A stretch of DNA of 64,000 bases from Candidatus Saccharimonadota bacterium (lineage in GTDB: Bacteria > Patescibacteriota > Saccharimonadia > Saccharimonadales > Saccharimonadaceae), in NCBI GenBank assembly GCA_017545485.1, contig JAFWMY010000002.1:7688-71687 (forward strand), written 5' to 3'. Shown here piece by piece: positions 17,216 to 26,556 of the stretch. Numbering within the stretch: position 1 is the stretch's first letter; each line of letters starts with the position of its first letter. The notes under the pieces are model-generated. The model had not been told where the DNA came from, made no database searches, and saw only the letters and a list, made by a program, of their open reading frames with translations. Position numbers and translations under genes: made by a program.

Positions 17216-18841
17216 TTATTTTTTCACTATCTTTTTAGTGACGTCAAATTTTTCCATATAAAGGCCTAAAAGAAGTCGTGTTTGAGCGTAAAACGCAGCT
17301 AGTGACTGGTAAATAATAGAGGTAATAGGCATAAGAATCCATTGGATGAGCATGAGAATGCTACGCCCTTTTTTATATTTAGCAGGTCGTTCTGGGAGAA
17401 TTTTGAAGGACACCAAAACAGAAATAATAAGACCGACAGAAGCGAATGTTTCCACGATGCTAACAATGTTTGGCAAATTATACGCCACCATGGTGTGAGC
17501 GGATACGTTCATAATCATTGGGACCCAGCCGCCGAAAGCAACGATTGGAGCGAGAATGGCGAGAGTGATGTGCCCATCTAGCAATCGCCAAAATTTGGGT
17601 AGTAACTGCCAAAATGGCATAATACGCTTTTCCCTACTAGTAAAGAGGCGAGAACCGACATATGCGACATCGCTTGCACCATAGTACCAACGGCGAACTT
17701 GAACAAACTGGGCTTTAATAGTTTTCCAAAGAGTTTCGTCTATCACGGCGTCTTGAAAAATCGGGATACGGATGGGCAAGACACTATAATCACCACTGAA
17801 GAAGAACAAGCTACGCCAGTATTGGTGGCCATCTTCTACGATGGTGCGTTTACTCCAAAAATTCATTGCCTCTAAAGCTTGAAGTGGTTGAGAGTGAGAG
17901 GCAAAATTGCGCAGAACATGAGGGCGCATGGTGGATATAACATTAAAGAACGAGTTAGATACAGCGATAACCCGGGAAGGAGCGGGAGCGTCCCATATAT
18001 TATTAGTAAAAATTGAAACGGGTTGATAGCTGAGTCGTTGACGGTTGGGGTGAGTAATAAATTCATAAGCTACAGAGTCTAGATATTTAGGATGCATACG
18101 ATTATCACTATCTAGAGATGTGACAATAATATTTTCTACGGGTAAATGTTTCTCTTCAACATATTTTTGGACAGCGTGGCCGGCATAAGTGAGATTAGGG
18201 CCTTTGCCAACTATTTCGCCAGGGATGTTATCTGGATGTTTTACAATCATGAAGTGTTTAAAGACACCTTTGTACTTTTTGGCAAGAGAATTTGCAATCT
18301 GTTCCATCTCTTCTCCACCACGTTCCTCATAAGCTAAGGTAAAAATAATATGGTCATTTGGAAAGGTAGTATTTTTGACTGCGTCTATAGATGGGGTTAG
18401 TATATCTTCCCCTTCGTTATAGGCAGTCATAATGACTACGTGATACACTTTGGCTGGGTTGGGGTATTCTTTGCCCATAGCTGCCATCATTTTAAGATTT
18501 TCAATATGGTTTTCAAAATGATAGCTTTTATTGTCGTCATCATGCAATCTTTCGTATGCCTCATGAGGGTTTTCTAAATCTTCCATACGGCGTCGCCAAT
18601 CAACACGCTCAGCACGTTTAATTACGTTATACCCTTGCACGGTACGATAAGCGATGCCTATAGCTTTAACTAAGGTAGTAGAGATTAAGATGAACAAATA
18701 AATTGAACCAATAACGGGATCAAGCCAGGACAACAAAAAGAGTAAAATAATTGCTCCGTATGATATTAAACCTGGTAGCATTTCTAAAAAACGATAGCCT
18801 TTAGTACGCTTGCCTTGAGGGATTTCAAGATTTTTACGCAT
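17216..18841 (-). CDS. membrane-embedded family 2 glycosyltransferase (processive, cellulose/chitin-synthase-like)
   Basis: Motifs VVIMTAYNEGED, TSLDSDN and QVRRW (QxxRW), with multiple TM helices at both ends. I prefer the ATG at 18841 (GAGG SD 5 nt upstream) over the TTG at 18868 used by the track. Confidence 0.75.
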   Translation of the reverse strand: MRKNLEIPQGKRTKGYRFLEMLPGLISYGAIILLFLLSWLDPVIGSIYLFILISTTLVKAIGIAYRTVQGYNVIKRAERVDWRRRMEDLENPHEAYERLHDDDNKSYHFENHIENLKMMAAMGKEYPNPAKVYHVVIMTAYNEGEDILTPSIDAVKNTTFPNDHIIFTLAYEERGGEEMEQIANSLAKKYKGVFKHFMIVKHPDNIPGEIVGKGPNLTYAGHAVQKYVEEKHLPVENIIVTSLDSDNRMHPKYLDSVAYEFITHPNRQRLSYQPVSIFTNNIWDAPAPSRVIAVSNSFFNVISTMRPHVLRNFASHSQPLQALEAMNFWSKRTIVEDGHQYWRSLFFFSGDYSVLPIRIPIFQDAVIDETLWKTIKAQFVQVRRWYYGASDVAYVGSRLFTSREKRIMPFWQLLPKFWRLLDGHITLAILAPIVAFGGWVPMIMNVSAHTMVAYNLPNIVSIVETFASVGLIISVLVSFKILPERPAKYKKGRSILMLIQWILMPITSIIYQSLAAFYAQTRLLLGLYMEKFDVTKKIVKK

Positions 18842-18854
18842 TGCGACCTCTAAT

Positions 18855-19217
18855 TTATCCTTCTCCAAGTAACCGTATTAAGACTAAGAAGCTGCCGGCA
18901 ATCAACATAGTAGTGGTAATTAGGAAGAATTTTACCATACCGCCACCGCGTTTTCTGAAGATTTTTACGGCTAGAAAATTGTGTAAGATACCAAACAATA
19001 TCGCTAACAACGGAAATGCAATAAGATCAGTCCAGCTACCATCACGGTAACCACCGATATCGCCATAGCCAACTTTAACTACTGAAGCATTCGGATTTAA
19101 TTGAATAATTGAGAATATAAAGAGGACAAGAGAAAACAAGAAATTAAAAATCATCAAAATGAGAATACCGCGCTCATTTTGATAAAGTTTGATAATATCT
19201 GATTTAATTGTTTTCAT
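18855..19217 (-). CDS. small membrane protein
   Basis: 120 aa, 3 TM segments, ATG start. Its start overlaps the 3' end of the upstream gene by 14 nt. Confidence 0.55.
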   Translation of the reverse strand: MKTIKSDIIKLYQNERGILILMIFNFLFSLVLFIFSIIQLNPNASVVKVGYGDIGGYRDGSWTDLIAFPLLAILFGILHNFLAVKIFRKRGGGMVKFFLITTTMLIAGSFLVLIRLLGEG

Positions 19218-19812
19218 TATGTTTCCCAGTTAGAGTATCCACGACTTGATTGACTTGTTGGATAAACATCACATCGCCGATTATACCTACGAGACCAGTT
19301 ATAATCATCATCCACCCAACTAGCACTACTACAGCTCCTGAGTTAAAGGTGACAAAGACGCCTAGAACTAACATAACGAGGGCAAGAATCAGGATATATT
19401 TCCAAACGCTTATCTTTGCAGAGGCAAGCTTAGTGGCAGTATTGATGCGGACGAGCGATTCATAAATGATAATTATGCCAATAATGACACGGAAGATATC
19501 AGCGATATCATCCCCAATAAGAAGAGCGGCTATACCAATTAATACTGATACTACGCCACTGAGCAGGCCGTTGTTAAGAAAATCATTCTGGCCTTTTTCC
19601 ATGAAGTAATTAATGATTTGGAAGCCACCTTTGACGATAAAGAAAGCCCCAACGATATAAGCCAAAATTTGTACCATGGTCTCCTGTAAAACAATGAACA
19701 AGATCCCAATGACAATGAGCGCTAACGACTCGACAATAGCAGACCATGCTGATCTTTTGACATCACTACCAATTTGTTCAATTGGCCGTTTAATGATTTC
19801 GGCTTTTGGCAT
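19204..19812 (-). CDS. DUF308/HdeD-like multi-pass membrane protein
   Basis: Repeated pairs of TM helices. ATG at 19812 with an AAGGAG SD; the track begins at the GTG at 19818. Confidence 0.5.
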   Translation of the reverse strand: MPKAEIIKRPIEQIGSDVKRSAWSAIVESLALIVIGILFIVLQETMVQILAYIVGAFFIVKGGFQIINYFMEKGQNDFLNNGLLSGVVSVLIGIAALLIGDDIADIFRVIIGIIIIYESLVRINTATKLASAKISVWKYILILALVMLVLGVFVTFNSGAVVVLVGWMMIITGLVGIIGDVMFIQQVNQVVDTLTGKHNENN

Positions 19813-19831
19813 AATCACTCCTTTTAAATAA

Positions 19832-19907
19832 TGGAGCCGATGGCAGGGTTCGAACCTGTGACCTGCTCGTTACGAATGAGCTGCTCTACCAGCTGAGCTA
19901 CATCGGC
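19832..19907 (-). tRNA. tRNA-Thr (anticodon CGT), CCA encoded
   Basis: Minus strand reads GCCGATGTAGCTCAGCTGGTAGAGCAGCTCATTCGTAACGAGCAGGTCACAGGTTCGAACCCTGCCATCGGCTCCA. Two A:C mismatches occur, at 31:39 and 49:65. Confidence 0.85.
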
Positions 19908-19938
19908 ATAATTATAATATGGTAATATTTAAATTATA

Positions 19939-21411
19939 TCACACTTTACGAGGTTTACGTTTTTTCTTGTGTGGCTGATTATCATCTATAGTTGAGGGAC
20001 GCAAAGCATGAAGAAGTTTAGTGCGAGCATGAGGAGTAATGATACGGTCTAGCCAAGAACGTTTGGGGGTTTGATTTTTAGAGGTTAAGATTTCAACAAT
20101 ATCCCCTTGTTCAAGTTTTGTATTCAAGTTGCTCATTTTGCCATTAATTTTGACACCAACGACATGGTCGCCTATTTCAGAGTGTAGTCTATAAGCGAAG
20201 TCTAGTGGTAAGGCACCTTTAGGAAGATCTATAATATCACCTTTAGGAGTATAAACAAAAATTTTATCAGCGAAGAGATTGATTTTAAGCTTTTTTAAAT
20301 CAACCTTCTTCCCTTCGCGAAGACGGGCAGCGGTAGTCTGAAGTTCGGTAATCCAAAGTAAATTAGTAGGTAGATGTTCTATTTTGCCCTTTTTGTAGTT
20401 TTCCGTAAGCTTCTGCTCGTTATAATAGAAGCTGGCGGCTAACCCGCGTTCAGCGTATTCATGCATTTCTTTGGTGCGAATCTGGAATTCAACTACTTTC
20501 TTATCTTTCGTAATAACGGTAGTATGAAGAGATTGATAACCATTTTGCTTAGGCATAGCAATATAATCTTTGATGCGACCATTCATCGGAGTATAAAGAG
20601 AATGGATGATGCCAAGAGTAAGGTAACAATCAGTAATATCATCTACGATGATACGGAGGGCGGTAAGGTCATAAATTTCGTTGATGTTTTGATTGTGTTT
20701 GGCTAGTTTCTTGTGAAGGGAGTAAACTGACTTCACGCGACCGGAGATTTCATAGTTGATTTTTTCTTTTTTTAAAGCCTTCCCTACTTCTTCTTCTACC
20801 CTTGCTAAAGATTTTTCGGCAGATTTGTTATATTTTGCAATTAAGGCTTTGAGCTCTTCATAACGACGAGGATCAACATATTTAAAAGCGAGGTCTGCCA
20901 TCTCAACGCGAAGGCGTCCCATGTTGAGACGATCGGCAAGCGGAGCGAACACCTCTAGAGACTCTTTGGCAATTTTTTTCTGCTTGTCTGGCGGTAAAGC
21001 AGAAAGAGTACGGAGATTGTGAAGACGGTCAGCGAGTTTGATAATTAGAACCCGGATGTCATCTCCTAGCGCTATCATGAGCCTCAAGAAGTTATCTCTT
21101 GTGGCAGGAAGATAAGTATCAATATCGCGCATACCATTGCGAGCGGTAGAGAGTTTTGTCACGCCATCTACTAAAAATGCTACTGAGTCACCAAATTCTT
21201 GTTTGATATCTTCCAAAGTTAGTTCTGTATCTTCTACGGTATCATGTAAAATCCCTGCGATAATAGTGTCTTCATCCATTCCCCATTCTTCAAGAATTTT
21301 CTTGACGGCTAAAGGGTGCACAATGTACGGCTCTCCGGTTTTACGAAACTGCCCATCGTGGGCCTTTTTGGCCATAGCAATTGCTTTTTCAACTTTTGGG
21401 GAGTCTGTCAT
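19939..21411 (-). CDS. rel: bifunctional RelA/SpoT-family (p)ppGpp synthetase/hydrolase (no ACT domain)
   Basis: HD domain (HPLAV...ILHDTVEDT), synthetase region (RVKSVYSLHKKL, DLTALRIIV) and TGS domain (VYTPKGDIIDLPKGALPLDFAY). Confidence 0.9.
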   Translation of the reverse strand: MTDSPKVEKAIAMAKKAHDGQFRKTGEPYIVHPLAVKKILEEWGMDEDTIIAGILHDTVEDTELTLEDIKQEFGDSVAFLVDGVTKLSTARNGMRDIDTYLPATRDNFLRLMIALGDDIRVLIIKLADRLHNLRTLSALPPDKQKKIAKESLEVFAPLADRLNMGRLRVEMADLAFKYVDPRRYEELKALIAKYNKSAEKSLARVEEEVGKALKKEKINYEISGRVKSVYSLHKKLAKHNQNINEIYDLTALRIIVDDITDCYLTLGIIHSLYTPMNGRIKDYIAMPKQNGYQSLHTTVITKDKKVVEFQIRTKEMHEYAERGLAASFYYNEQKLTENYKKGKIEHLPTNLLWITELQTTAARLREGKKVDLKKLKINLFADKIFVYTPKGDIIDLPKGALPLDFAYRLHSEIGDHVVGVKINGKMSNLNTKLEQGDIVEILTSKNQTPKRSWLDRIITPHARTKLLHALRPSTIDDNQPHKKKRKPRKV

Positions 21412-21418
21412 GACTCTA

Positions 21419-22258
21419 TTATAACAAATTTTTAATCAGTTCTTGTAGGTCTGCTTCGCTTTTACATCTGAAGGTGAGTGAACGGCCATGGATAACGGCA
21501 GAAGTATTATATTTAGCGGTAAGGGCATTTTCTTCCTTAATATGCTTACCGCGTTTAATTGAAGCGGCAGAAGAGTGTTTTTTGTGCTCAGCCAAATAAC
21601 GTTCAACTTTACGGGAGGTCCAACCTTCTTTTACGATTTTTGGAAGTAATTTATTGATGGTTTCTTCATCGCGGGAGACTAGAGGACGCATCACGCCTTC
21701 GGAAAGCTTTTCTTTGACCATGACTTTTTTGGCTTCTTCTGGGAGACTTAACAGGCGCATGGTGTTTTGAATGGTGGTTTCGGACTTACCGACTTTTGCG
21801 GCAATATCTTCAGTGCTTAGATTAAACTGTGTCTTTAGTTTAGCGTAAGCAGTAGCAAGCTCAATCGCATTGAGGTCTTCCCTTTGGGCATTTTCAATGA
21901 TGGAAAGCTCAAGACGATTCTGAGAATCAAGAGTTCGCACAATGGACGGAATGGTTTTTAAGCCAGCAATCTTGGCGGCGCGCCACCTTCTTTCACCAGC
22001 GACAATTTTATATTTGCCTTCTTCTTTGGTAACGACAATAGGTTGCAAAACACCGTGCTCTTTAATAGAGGCGGCAAGAGCCTCCAAGGCATCTTTATCA
22101 AAATCGCGACGAGGCTGTTCTTCGTCTCGGACGATGTCGCTGAGCTTCAATTCTTTAAGTTTGCTCTCCTTCTTATCCTCTGCAGATGTGGGGTCAAACT
22201 CATCGTCGATGAGCTCTGTAGGAATTAAACTTTCAAAACTACGGCCTAATCCTTTCAT
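21419..22258 (-). CDS. parB: ParB/Spo0J chromosome partitioning protein
   Basis: LQPIVV...YKIVAGERRWRAAKIAGL plus an HTH region. Its start overlaps the parA stop by 4 nt. Confidence 0.9.
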   Translation of the reverse strand: MKGLGRSFESLIPTELIDDEFDPTSAEDKKESKLKELKLSDIVRDEEQPRRDFDKDALEALAASIKEHGVLQPIVVTKEEGKYKIVAGERRWRAAKIAGLKTIPSIVRTLDSQNRLELSIIENAQREDLNAIELATAYAKLKTQFNLSTEDIAAKVGKSETTIQNTMRLLSLPEEAKKVMVKEKLSEGVMRPLVSRDEETINKLLPKIVKEGWTSRKVERYLAEHKKHSSAASIKRGKHIKEENALTAKYNTSAVIHGRSLTFRCKSEADLQELIKNLL

Positions 22259-23028
22259 TTGGTTCTCTCCTCTACTTCTTTTGTAAACTCTTTGTATGCT
22301 TTGGCACCTTTACTAAAACGGTCGTATGCGCCGACAGGAACGCCATGGGATGGAGCTTCGGCGACACGGACATTGCGCGGAATAGTAGTCTTAAAGGTAA
22401 GTTTTTTGAAATACTTCTTAATCTCATTATAAACTTGCGTGGAAAGGCTGGTACGCTTATCATACATGGTAGCAAGTACTCCTAGCAGCTGGAGATGAGG
22501 ATTTGCCTGTTTCATAACAAGCTTCATGGACTCTAAAAGTTGCGCAACGCCTTCTAGGGCATAGAATTCAGTTTGGACCGGAAGTAAAAGATAATTGCTC
22601 GCAATCATGCCATTAACAGTTAAGAGGCTAAGAGACGGCGGAAGGTCAATGATAATATAATCGTAATTTGCTTCTACCGTGCGTACTGCGTCACGCAAAC
22701 GAGTAAATTTTTTATTCTGGGTAGTAATCTCTACTTCGGCATTAGCAAGTTCAGGGGTGGTAGGAGCAATATCAAAGTTCTTATACTGGGTAGAGCGAAT
22801 AACCATGTTTAACTTCGCTAGGTTTAATAGGACATCAGTCATGGTAAGCCCGAGGTCTCCTTGATTCTTTTCTATGCCAAGACCTGAGGTAGCATTACCT
22901 TGAGGGTCAAAATCTATTAGTAAAGTTTTAAATTTGTCTTTTGCGAGATAATAAGCGAGGTTAACGGCTGTAGTGGTTTTTCCTACACCGCCCTTCTGGT
23001 TTGTGACACAAATTACCTTCGCACTCAT
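22255..23028 (-). CDS. parA: ParA/Soj chromosome partitioning ATPase
   Basis: MSAKVICVTNQKGGVGKTTTAVNLA. I place the start at the ATG at 23028; the track's 13-aa N-terminal extension is hydrophobic and unlikely to be real. Confidence 0.9.
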   Translation of the reverse strand: MSAKVICVTNQKGGVGKTTTAVNLAYYLAKDKFKTLLIDFDPQGNATSGLGIEKNQGDLGLTMTDVLLNLAKLNMVIRSTQYKNFDIAPTTPELANAEVEITTQNKKFTRLRDAVRTVEANYDYIIIDLPPSLSLLTVNGMIASNYLLLPVQTEFYALEGVAQLLESMKLVMKQANPHLQLLGVLATMYDKRTSLSTQVYNEIKKYFKKLTFKTTIPRNVRVAEAPSHGVPVGAYDRFSKGAKAYKEFTKEVEERTK

Positions 23029-23065
23029 AATACTTAAGATTATAACACAAATAATCAAAGTTACC

Positions 23066-23210
23066 AAAAAATCGCATAATACCTTCGGGGGACGGGTCGC
23101 TCGCGCCCGTCGTTACGGGGCTCGCGCCCTTCATCCAGGGCTACGCCCCGCCTTCGGCGAGCGGCCGTAGCCTCCGGACACCCCCGAAAGGTATTATTGC
23201 GATTTAAAAA
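23066..23210 (-). other. GC-rich multi-stem structured element closed by a ~23-bp helix and followed by a T-run (element C); probably also the rplU terminator
   Basis: Arm AAATCGCATAATACCTTCGGGGG (23068-23091) pairs with CCCCCGAAAGGTATTATTGCGATTT (23181-23205) with two 1-nt bulges. In the core 23091-23180, 67 of 90 bases are G/C by my count. Internal hairpins are GACGGG/CCCGTC, CGGGGC/GCCCCG, GCCCT/AGGGC and CGCC-ttc-GGCG. Confidence 0.6.
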
Positions 23211-23213
23211 CCA

Positions 23214-23522
23214 CTATGCGATTTTGGTAATTTCAATCTCGGAATATTTCTGGCGGTGGCCAGTTTCCTTGTGAACACGTTTCTTGGCTTTGTAGCGGAT
23301 AACGCGGAGTTTATCGCCTTTAACTTCGGGCGTTTTGACTTTAGCTGAAACTTTTACGCCCTTTACTGTTGGAGTACCGACGGTCGTTTTGTCGCCATCA
23401 GTTACGAGTAAAGCGTCAAGTTCGAGCTCTTTGGTGCCTGCCGGGAGGAGGTCCACCCGTAGGGTCTCTTTTTCGGCAACGAGATATTGTTTCCCGCCGA
23501 CCAAAATGACTGCTTTTTTCAT
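23214..23522 (-). CDS. rplU: 50S ribosomal protein L21
   Basis: MKKAVILVGGKQYLVAEKETLRVDLL...KLRVIRYKAKKRVHKETGHRQKYSEIEI. Confidence 0.9.
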   Translation of the reverse strand: MKKAVILVGGKQYLVAEKETLRVDLLPAGTKELELDALLVTDGDKTTVGTPTVKGVKVSAKVKTPEVKGDKLRVIRYKAKKRVHKETGHRQKYSEIEITKIA

Positions 23523-23547
23523 ATTGTTCCTTTGTTAACTCTGGTAA

Positions 23548-24966
23548 TTATACCATATCATTTGGTTTTTGGGAAGAGTCTTCTGGTCCAGAAGTTTCTT
23601 CTGGGGTATTTAGATCTTTTGCGTCTTTCCCTGCTACACCATTTTCTACGGTTTTAAGATTTTTCCTGGTGCGATAGAAGTAGTAGCCAGCACCACCAAT
23701 ACCACCGATAATAACAATCGCTAACACGATTTCAAGAGGACCGGTGTTAGGAAGTTCTTGGCAGCCTTCCATTTCAGGGTTGGTTTTGCAGTTCTTTTCT
23801 TGGCATTCTGGGAGACCTGGATTGGTTTCACAGTTATCTAATGGAACATCTGGCTCTTCGCAATCTTCTTTCTTTACTGTTACTGTTATTTCGTCTTCCT
23901 TAGTTTCGCCAGTAGCAACATTGCTGTCATAAGTTAAGGTTGCGTGGTTGGATAATTCTTTACCTTCGCAATCAAAATCTTCTCCGGCTTTAACCTTATA
24001 TCTTATATAAACAGTATTACCAGTCCCGATTGTTCCAAGATTAATACCGCCTCCTACAATATCGTCGGTGAGGGTTTCCCAAACAGTGGATTCATTTGCA
24101 CGGAGCTGAACGCTTCCTGGTACTAAAGTGAGACCTTCTGGGAGAACATCTTTAATAACTGCGTTAGTTAATGCAACGTCACCAGTATTGCGAATGGCTA
24201 ATTGGAAGAACGCTTCTTCGCTGGGGCCAAGGATTAAGCTTTCGTTATACTTTTCGCCATCCTTTGATACTTGCTTGTCAATAGAACCACCAAGCTCCTC
24301 TGCTTGGAGAACGTATGTGACAACGCCATGGTATTCTTCACATCCTGGGATAACACCATTTAGCTCGTTAAGTCCTAACAGGGTGCCTTCTTCCGTGAAT
24401 ATACTAGATGGCATAACTGTACCATTTGATCTCCAGTCATTATAGATTTTAGCTGATCCGGCAACATAGCGTAGGAATACATTATCGGTTTTAGTAGTCA
24501 TATAAGCTTCATCCCAAACCGAAAGAGGGTTAGAATTGTCTGCTGTAATTGTGGCCGTAATTTCTCCTCTTTCTGATGGAGTGAGAACGGTAGAAAATGA
24601 AGTAGACATACGGGTCCTTACAGCTACACCTACATTATTATGAGCTTTGTCATTAAGTGTAGAAGAAGCATTGTTGTGAAAGTATACATATACCAAGTAT
24701 TGCCTACCTGGAATAACTTCTACTTCATTTTTTAAATCTGTAACTTCGGCATTAATCTCACCAACTCTTACAAAATCTCTTTCATCACCAATAGTTGGGT
24801 TATTAGTAATGGAATTAAAGGTCGGGTAAGTGGCGGGGTTCTCCATAGTAAAAGTTGAACGTTCTGGTCCCCATGCCGACGCTGGTGTAATGGCGGCCAA
24901 GCATATGCCTAAAACTGTTGAGGTAAAGACAATAGCTTTGATTGCTTTATTGTTAATTGTTTTCAT
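23548..24966 (-). CDS. LPXTG-motif cell-surface protein
   Basis: Signal peptide; N-terminal WGPERSTFTMENPATYPTFNSITNNPTIGDERDFV domain; LPNTG followed by a TM helix and RTRK. An unusual extra tail of about 45 aa follows the sorting signal. Confidence 0.7.
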   Translation of the reverse strand: MKTINNKAIKAIVFTSTVLGICLAAITPASAWGPERSTFTMENPATYPTFNSITNNPTIGDERDFVRVGEINAEVTDLKNEVEVIPGRQYLVYVYFHNNASSTLNDKAHNNVGVAVRTRMSTSFSTVLTPSERGEITATITADNSNPLSVWDEAYMTTKTDNVFLRYVAGSAKIYNDWRSNGTVMPSSIFTEEGTLLGLNELNGVIPGCEEYHGVVTYVLQAEELGGSIDKQVSKDGEKYNESLILGPSEEAFFQLAIRNTGDVALTNAVIKDVLPEGLTLVPGSVQLRANESTVWETLTDDIVGGGINLGTIGTGNTVYIRYKVKAGEDFDCEGKELSNHATLTYDSNVATGETKEDEITVTVKKEDCEEPDVPLDNCETNPGLPECQEKNCKTNPEMEGCQELPNTGPLEIVLAIVIIGGIGGAGYYFYRTRKNLKTVENGVAGKDAKDLNTPEETSGPEDSSQKPNDMV

Positions 24967-24987
24967 GTGTTTCCTTTCTTCCCACCA

Positions 24988-26556
24988 TTAATTAATACCT
25001 AAATCACTTAGACTATCTTCAAGTTCTTGTCCGTCAGTCGGCGCCTCGGAGATTGGTATTTCAGCTTGGTCGGCGGCTTTCTGAGCGCTTTGATTATCTT
25101 GGACTGGGGCATATTGATCGGAATTTGCTCCGCCACGATTTTCATTGTAATTATTTTGCGGATTAGATGGAGCTGGCGCTGGAGTCGCCTCTGAAGCTGA
25201 ATTGTTGACTACCGTAGTCGCTTCTGTGCCTTGATACGACTCGGAAGATGGTTTTTGGGTTGGAGTTTGTCGCGATACATCTTCAGTTGGCGTAGGAGTT
25301 ACTCTTACCTCTTCCGTACCGATATCATCCGCGATATCTTCAAGAATTTGATTATCAATTCGTGTCATATTGTCATAGTCTTTTGGTTTTAGATCGTCAT
25401 GTGGGTCGTCTGGATTATCTGGATTTTCTGGGGATGGAATCTGGCGAACAGTAGTTGTAAAATCAAGCTGGTCTAGTGGCTGACCACCACATTTTTCCTT
25501 AAAGGTAAAAGTATCCATATGGAAATTACCATCTTTATCTTCCCAAGTGTATGCAAGAGAATAAACCTTTGTACCATCTTCGTTTGTTGTACAACCGACA
25601 ACTTCTACATTGCTAGTATCTATGTTCCCTGTTTCAAATTGCGAGTCCATAAAGAAATTATGAAATGTTCCAGTAACAGTACTCTCTGCTAAGCTATTGT
25701 TTTTTATGGTATCTTTTATGTAATTGTAAACTTTTTGATGAAGTTCCGAATCATTTTCCATTGCTTCTAGAAGGTCGTCTGGATTACTAAATTTAGCACC
25801 TTCTACGCCGAAATCTGGATTAGAAGTTTTTTCTTGCATATAGAAATATGTGGCAGCAAGTTGCCCGGGTTGTATCATACGCCCAAGCATTTCATCTTTC
25901 ATTTCGGCTTCTGGAGCATCGCTCTTTAATTCTTCGCCGAAGTTAACTTTTGCGCCTTTTTCCGAATTGTAGCTAGTTCCGTCTTCATTTGCGAATTGTC
26001 CACGATAAGTTGATAATTCTGCAATTGATTCTTTGTCTTCAGTCGTGTCTTGGTCTTGTTCGGCTTGTTCTGTCCTGGTTGAATCTTGTTCATTGCCCTG
26101 TCTGCTATTTTTAATTATATTAGCGCCGATAGAAGCTATCACGACTATGGCAGCAGAAACACCAACGCCAACTATGAATCTTCTGAAGCCTCTTTTAGCT
26201 TTAGCTTTTTCGGCGGATTCATTTGTTAGCTCTTTGTTTGAAGCATCGGTCTCTGGGGTTGAATCTGATGGCTGCTGGTTTTTGTTATCATTTGAAAAGA
26301 TTTCTTGTTCTTGGGAATTAAGCTGTTTTAGTCTTTCAATATTATTTTTCAATTCAGTCTTTTCTTCATCGGACAAAGCACCCATTTTGTCATATATGTT
26401 ATATAGTTCTTCAAGATTTTCTACTTCAGCCTCGTGAGCGTGAATTGCCTCTAACGTAAGTTCCCCTCTTTGTTCGTAGGTTTGGCGCAGAGTATTGCCG
26501 GACATTTCGCCAGCATTTGTATTGTCGCTATTTCCAATTTTTTCACCACTAGGCAT
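24988..26556 (-). CDS. hypothetical single-pass membrane protein (coiled-coil N-terminus, acidic low-complexity regions)
   Basis: 522 aa with a central TM segment FIVGVGVSAAIVVIASIGANII. GGAGG SD. Its start overlaps the upstream gene by 8 nt. Confidence 0.55.
   Translation of the reverse strand: MPSGEKIGNSDNTNAGEMSGNTLRQTYEQRGELTLEAIHAHEAEVENLEELYNIYDKMGALSDEEKTELKNNIERLKQLNSQEQEIFSNDNKNQQPSDSTPETDASNKELTNESAEKAKAKRGFRRFIVGVGVSAAIVVIASIGANIIKNSRQGNEQDSTRTEQAEQDQDTTEDKESIAELSTYRGQFANEDGTSYNSEKGAKVNFGEELKSDAPEAEMKDEMLGRMIQPGQLAATYFYMQEKTSNPDFGVEGAKFSNPDDLLEAMENDSELHQKVYNYIKDTIKNNSLAESTVTGTFHNFFMDSQFETGNIDTSNVEVVGCTTNEDGTKVYSLAYTWEDKDGNFHMDTFTFKEKCGGQPLDQLDFTTTVRQIPSPENPDNPDDPHDDLKPKDYDNMTRIDNQILEDIADDIGTEEVRVTPTPTEDVSRQTPTQKPSSESYQGTEATTVVNNSASEATPAPAPSNPQNNYNENRGGANSDQYAPVQDNQSAQKAADQAEIPISEAPTDGQELEDSLSDLGIN

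Noticed and set aside
23112-23138. Hammerhead-ribozyme-like string on the minus strand of element C (CTGGATGA-AGGGC-GCGA-GCCCC-GTAAC followed by a GACGGG...CCCGTC stem)
   Set aside because: The catalytic core does not fit. CUGGAUGA has an extra G relative to CUGAUGA, GUAA replaces GAAA, and the stem III closing pair is not A:U. The similarity is most likely chance in a GC-rich hairpin cluster. An Infernal scan with RF00163/RF00008 would settle it.
22973-23170. 65-aa plus-strand ORF ending in an Arg/Ala/Gly/Pro-rich tail
   Set aside because: It is antisense to the parA start and runs into GC-rich structured element C. The composition of the tail simply reflects the GC island.
23066-23210. SRP (4.5S) RNA candidate
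   Set aside because: The long closing helix and size are suggestive. However, neither strand contains the conserved helix-8 motif (GGUCCGGAAGGAAGCAGCC-like, with a GNAR tetraloop and AGCA loop). The same negative result holds for GGGAGGAAGCGGGG at 3866-3879.
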